Positions 37,544 through 39,458 of a stretch of 39,458 nucleotides of DNA are shown piece by piece. The notes below the pieces were generated by a model, which was not told where the DNA came from, made no database searches, and was given only the letters and a program-made list of their open reading frames with translations. The DNA comes from Erysipelothrix sp. (GTDB lineage Bacteria; Bacillota_I; Bacilli_A; Erysipelotrichales; Erysipelotrichaceae). Position 1 is the first letter of the stretch, and each line of letters opens with the position of its first letter. The position numbers and the translations under genes were made by a program. The stretch spans positions 1 to 39,458 of the forward strand of contig JASLJD010000145.1 of NCBI GenBank assembly GCA_030152625.1. The letters are read 5' to 3'.

Positions 37544-37954
37544 ATGAAAAAAGTTAATCTTGTTATTGTCATTGATGCGCATAAGGAGCAAGTTTTGATG
37601 TGTCATCGCCAAACAGATCCTTATCAAGGTCTCTATAATTTTGTTGGTGGTAAGGTAAAAGAAGGCGAAGGCGATTGGTCTGCAGCTTACCGAGAGCTTC
37701 AAGAAGAAACAGGCATCAAATCATCACAAATTGATTTAAAGATGTTGTTTAAAACCTACTATCCTTTTGATGATCTTGAACTCCAGGTTTACTATGGTTT
37801 CTTAAAAGAAAAACCTGAACTTAAGGAAGAAAAACATCCTTTGATTTGGTATTCTCTTGAAGAAGATTTTGCCAATGAATCTCTTTTTGCAGGTCATGGT
37901 AATATTGCGCATATGATGAACTTAATTAAGTTGTATGAAGAGGATCATAAATAA
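37544..37954 (+). CDS. NUDIX hydrolase (MutT-like)
   Basis: Nudix box GGKVKEGEGDWSAAYRELQEETG. Confidence 0.9.
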   Translation: MKKVNLVIVIDAHKEQVLMCHRQTDPYQGLYNFVGGKVKEGEGDWSAAYRELQEETGIKSSQIDLKMLFKTYYPFDDLELQVYYGFLKEKPELKEEKHPLIWYSLEEDFANESLFAGHGNIAHMMNLIKLYEEDHK

Positions 37955-37968
37955 AAAAAGCATGCTTG

Positions 37969-38150
37969 TGAAGTGAAGCCATTAACTTGGATGCTTTAAT
38001 GAAAAATAAGGACTGAGTTCTGTATTGTACAGACTCAGTCTTTTTAATTTTTCGGTGACATATTCACTTTAAATGTTTTATTATGCTTTTATCAAATGCA
38101 TAAAAAAACGAACCCTTCTTGTTTATGTCCAAGCTTTAGGGTTCGTATTA
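37969..38150 (-). mobile_element. Internally deleted IS3-family (IS150-like) remnant / MITE, about 182 bp
   Basis: Imperfect terminal IRs TGAAGTGAAGCCATTAACTTGGA and TAATACGAACCCTAAAGCTTGGA. The minus strand keeps a frameshifted transposase C-terminus KLKRLS/VQYRTQSL before the right IR, which ends in CA. Confidence 0.75.
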
Positions 38151-38164
38151 TGCGCATGCTTTGT

Positions 38165-39458
38165 TTATTTGAATTCGATGTATTTTCCATGATGAAAACT
38201 GTATAGATAAGCATGAATGATAAAGTCAGGGTACAATTCCTGCATGGCTTTTTGATAAGTTTTGATTTGTTCGGAATAGCGATTAAGGATGGTTTCTTCA
38301 TCAGCACGATCGCTTTTATAGTCAATAATCCAAAGTTCTTGATGATCAATAACAAGCCAGTCAATAATACCACTTTCAATTTGATGATTTTTTTGGTTTC
38401 GGTATAAAAAGGGTAGTTCCTGATAATGTTCGTTCTTTTTATAAAGCATTTGTGTCATGGGATCTTGATTGAAAGTTAGGAGTGGTTTTTGAAGATCTTT
38501 TGGAATATCATCTTTCTCCCAAACACCTAACTCAGCGTTTTCAATCCATTCATGTAGACGTGTACCGTATTCCATGCCCCATTTAATGGCAAAGTCAATT
38601 TCGTCGTTCTCGCTTAGATGATAGGTTTCTTTTTCAAAGAGATCAGGCATTTTTTGATCAAAAACTTCTTCTATCTCTTGATGTTTACGCAGTTTATGTT
38701 GGCTAATTTGAGAAGAGCCCATGATTTTAATGCGACTATATGCTTGAGGTGCCGTTGTCATAAGCAATTGAATTTGTCTTTGATAGTGAAACAGGAGTTG
38801 GGATGAAAAAACCATATTTTCCTCCCAAGCATCATAAGCATCAACAATGACCATGTGATTTTGTGCCCGTGTTAGCGCAACATAGACAAGGCGAAGTATT
38901 TCTTCGAGTTCTTCATGTCGTTGTTTAAATTCAATAACTTGACGCAAGAAATTTTTTCGATGTAAACGAGTGTCCATATCAATGTTTTGTAATGCAATGC
39001 CCAATTCATCGTCATGAAGAATCCGTTCGTAATGATCACGAACATTCAAACGCCCACCGGCCCAATAAAAGACAACAGGGAATTGGAGTCCTTTGGATTG
39101 GTGAACTGTCATAATCTCGACAACATTGTCTTCGACACTTAAATGACTTGCCTCACTGCTTCGCTCATCGTCCATTTGTTCAATGAAATATAAGAAACTT
39201 TGCATATCAGGATTCTTTTTCTCCTGGAAATGCATGGCTTTATCGAGCAAAAAATCCAAGTTTGTTTTTTCTTGCAAAGAAAAATGGTGATGATAACTGT
39301 TGTTGAAGTGATAAATTTCTTGAAGAATCGTGACAATATCTTTGTAAAACCAGTTTTGAATCATTGTATTCATAGCATTGCTTAATTCAGGATAGAGCAC
39401 GGCAAAGTTTTCATCGAGTCGTTTATCCCGATCATAAATTCTTACTTTTGCGATGTCA
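38165..39458 (-). CDS. addA: AddA-like UvrD helicase-nuclease (C-terminal part; 5' end outside the window)
   Basis: MTVHQSKGLQFPVV, RLVYVALTRA and nuclease motifs GTRLH, GIID and IIDYKS. The frame is open to the window edge. Confidence 0.9.
   Translation of the reverse strand, partial: DIAKVRIYDRDKRLDENFAVLYPELSNAMNTMIQNWFYKDIVTILQEIYHFNNSYHHHFSLQEKTNLDFLLDKAMHFQEKKNPDMQSFLYFIEQMDDERSSEASHLSVEDNVVEIMTVHQSKGLQFPVVFYWAGGRLNVRDHYERILHDDELGIALQNIDMDTRLHRKNFLRQVIEFKQRHEELEEILRLVYVALTRAQNHMVIVDAYDAWEENMVFSSQLLFHYQRQIQLLMTTAPQAYSRIKIMGSSQISQHKLRKHQEIEEVFDQKMPDLFEKETYHLSENDEIDFAIKWGMEYGTRLHEWIENAELGVWEKDDIPKDLQKPLLTFNQDPMTQMLYKKNEHYQELPFLYRNQKNHQIESGIIDWLVIDHQELWIIDYKSDRADEETILNRYSEQIKTYQKAMQELYPDFIIHAYLYSFHHGKYIEFK

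Noticed and set aside
3420..39385. The many 60-135 aa ORFs in the track that overlap core genes (e.g. 3420-3605, 9829-10179, 16465-16980, 26184-26525, 31454-31858, 38092-38379)
   Set aside because: They are antisense or out-of-frame shadows of well-supported genes, with no recognisable motifs.

Overview
This is the replication-origin region of a low-GC Firmicute chromosome. Protein sequences and the compact gene layout suggest Erysipelotrichaceae (inference). Left of the origin, on the minus strand, are dnaA, dnaN and a glpK truncated by the window edge. A bipartite oriC flanks dnaA and includes a Bacillus-like unwinding module (DnaA boxes, GGCC, DnaA-trios). Right of the origin, mostly on the + strand, is a housekeeping run: rpmH-rnpA-yidC-jag, pth-mfd-S4 protein-divIC, tmk-holB-rsmI-guaC, a PerR-like Fur protein, metG, a YtrA-type GntR/ABC operon (minus), mnmG-rsmG-noc-parA-parB, sirtuin-mnmE-tatD-ALDH, queT, a YabE-like G5-3D lipoprotein, rnmV-rsmA-ispE-glmU-prs-NUDIX, a ~180 bp IS3-family deletion remnant and the 3' half of addA. 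I found no rRNA, tRNA, CRISPR array, prophage or defence island. The best leads are variants inside core loci. (1) Noc lacks its N-terminal membrane helix, and a near-perfect Noc binding site lies just upstream of its own operon promoter. (2) A cysteine-free, zinc-less mini-sirtuin heads the mnmE operon. (3) Adjacent IspE-like and GlmU proteins both have remodelled substrate motifs. (4) An IS3-derived miniature element sits in a terminator loop. All of these are hypotheses from reading motifs by eye; no database searches were run.
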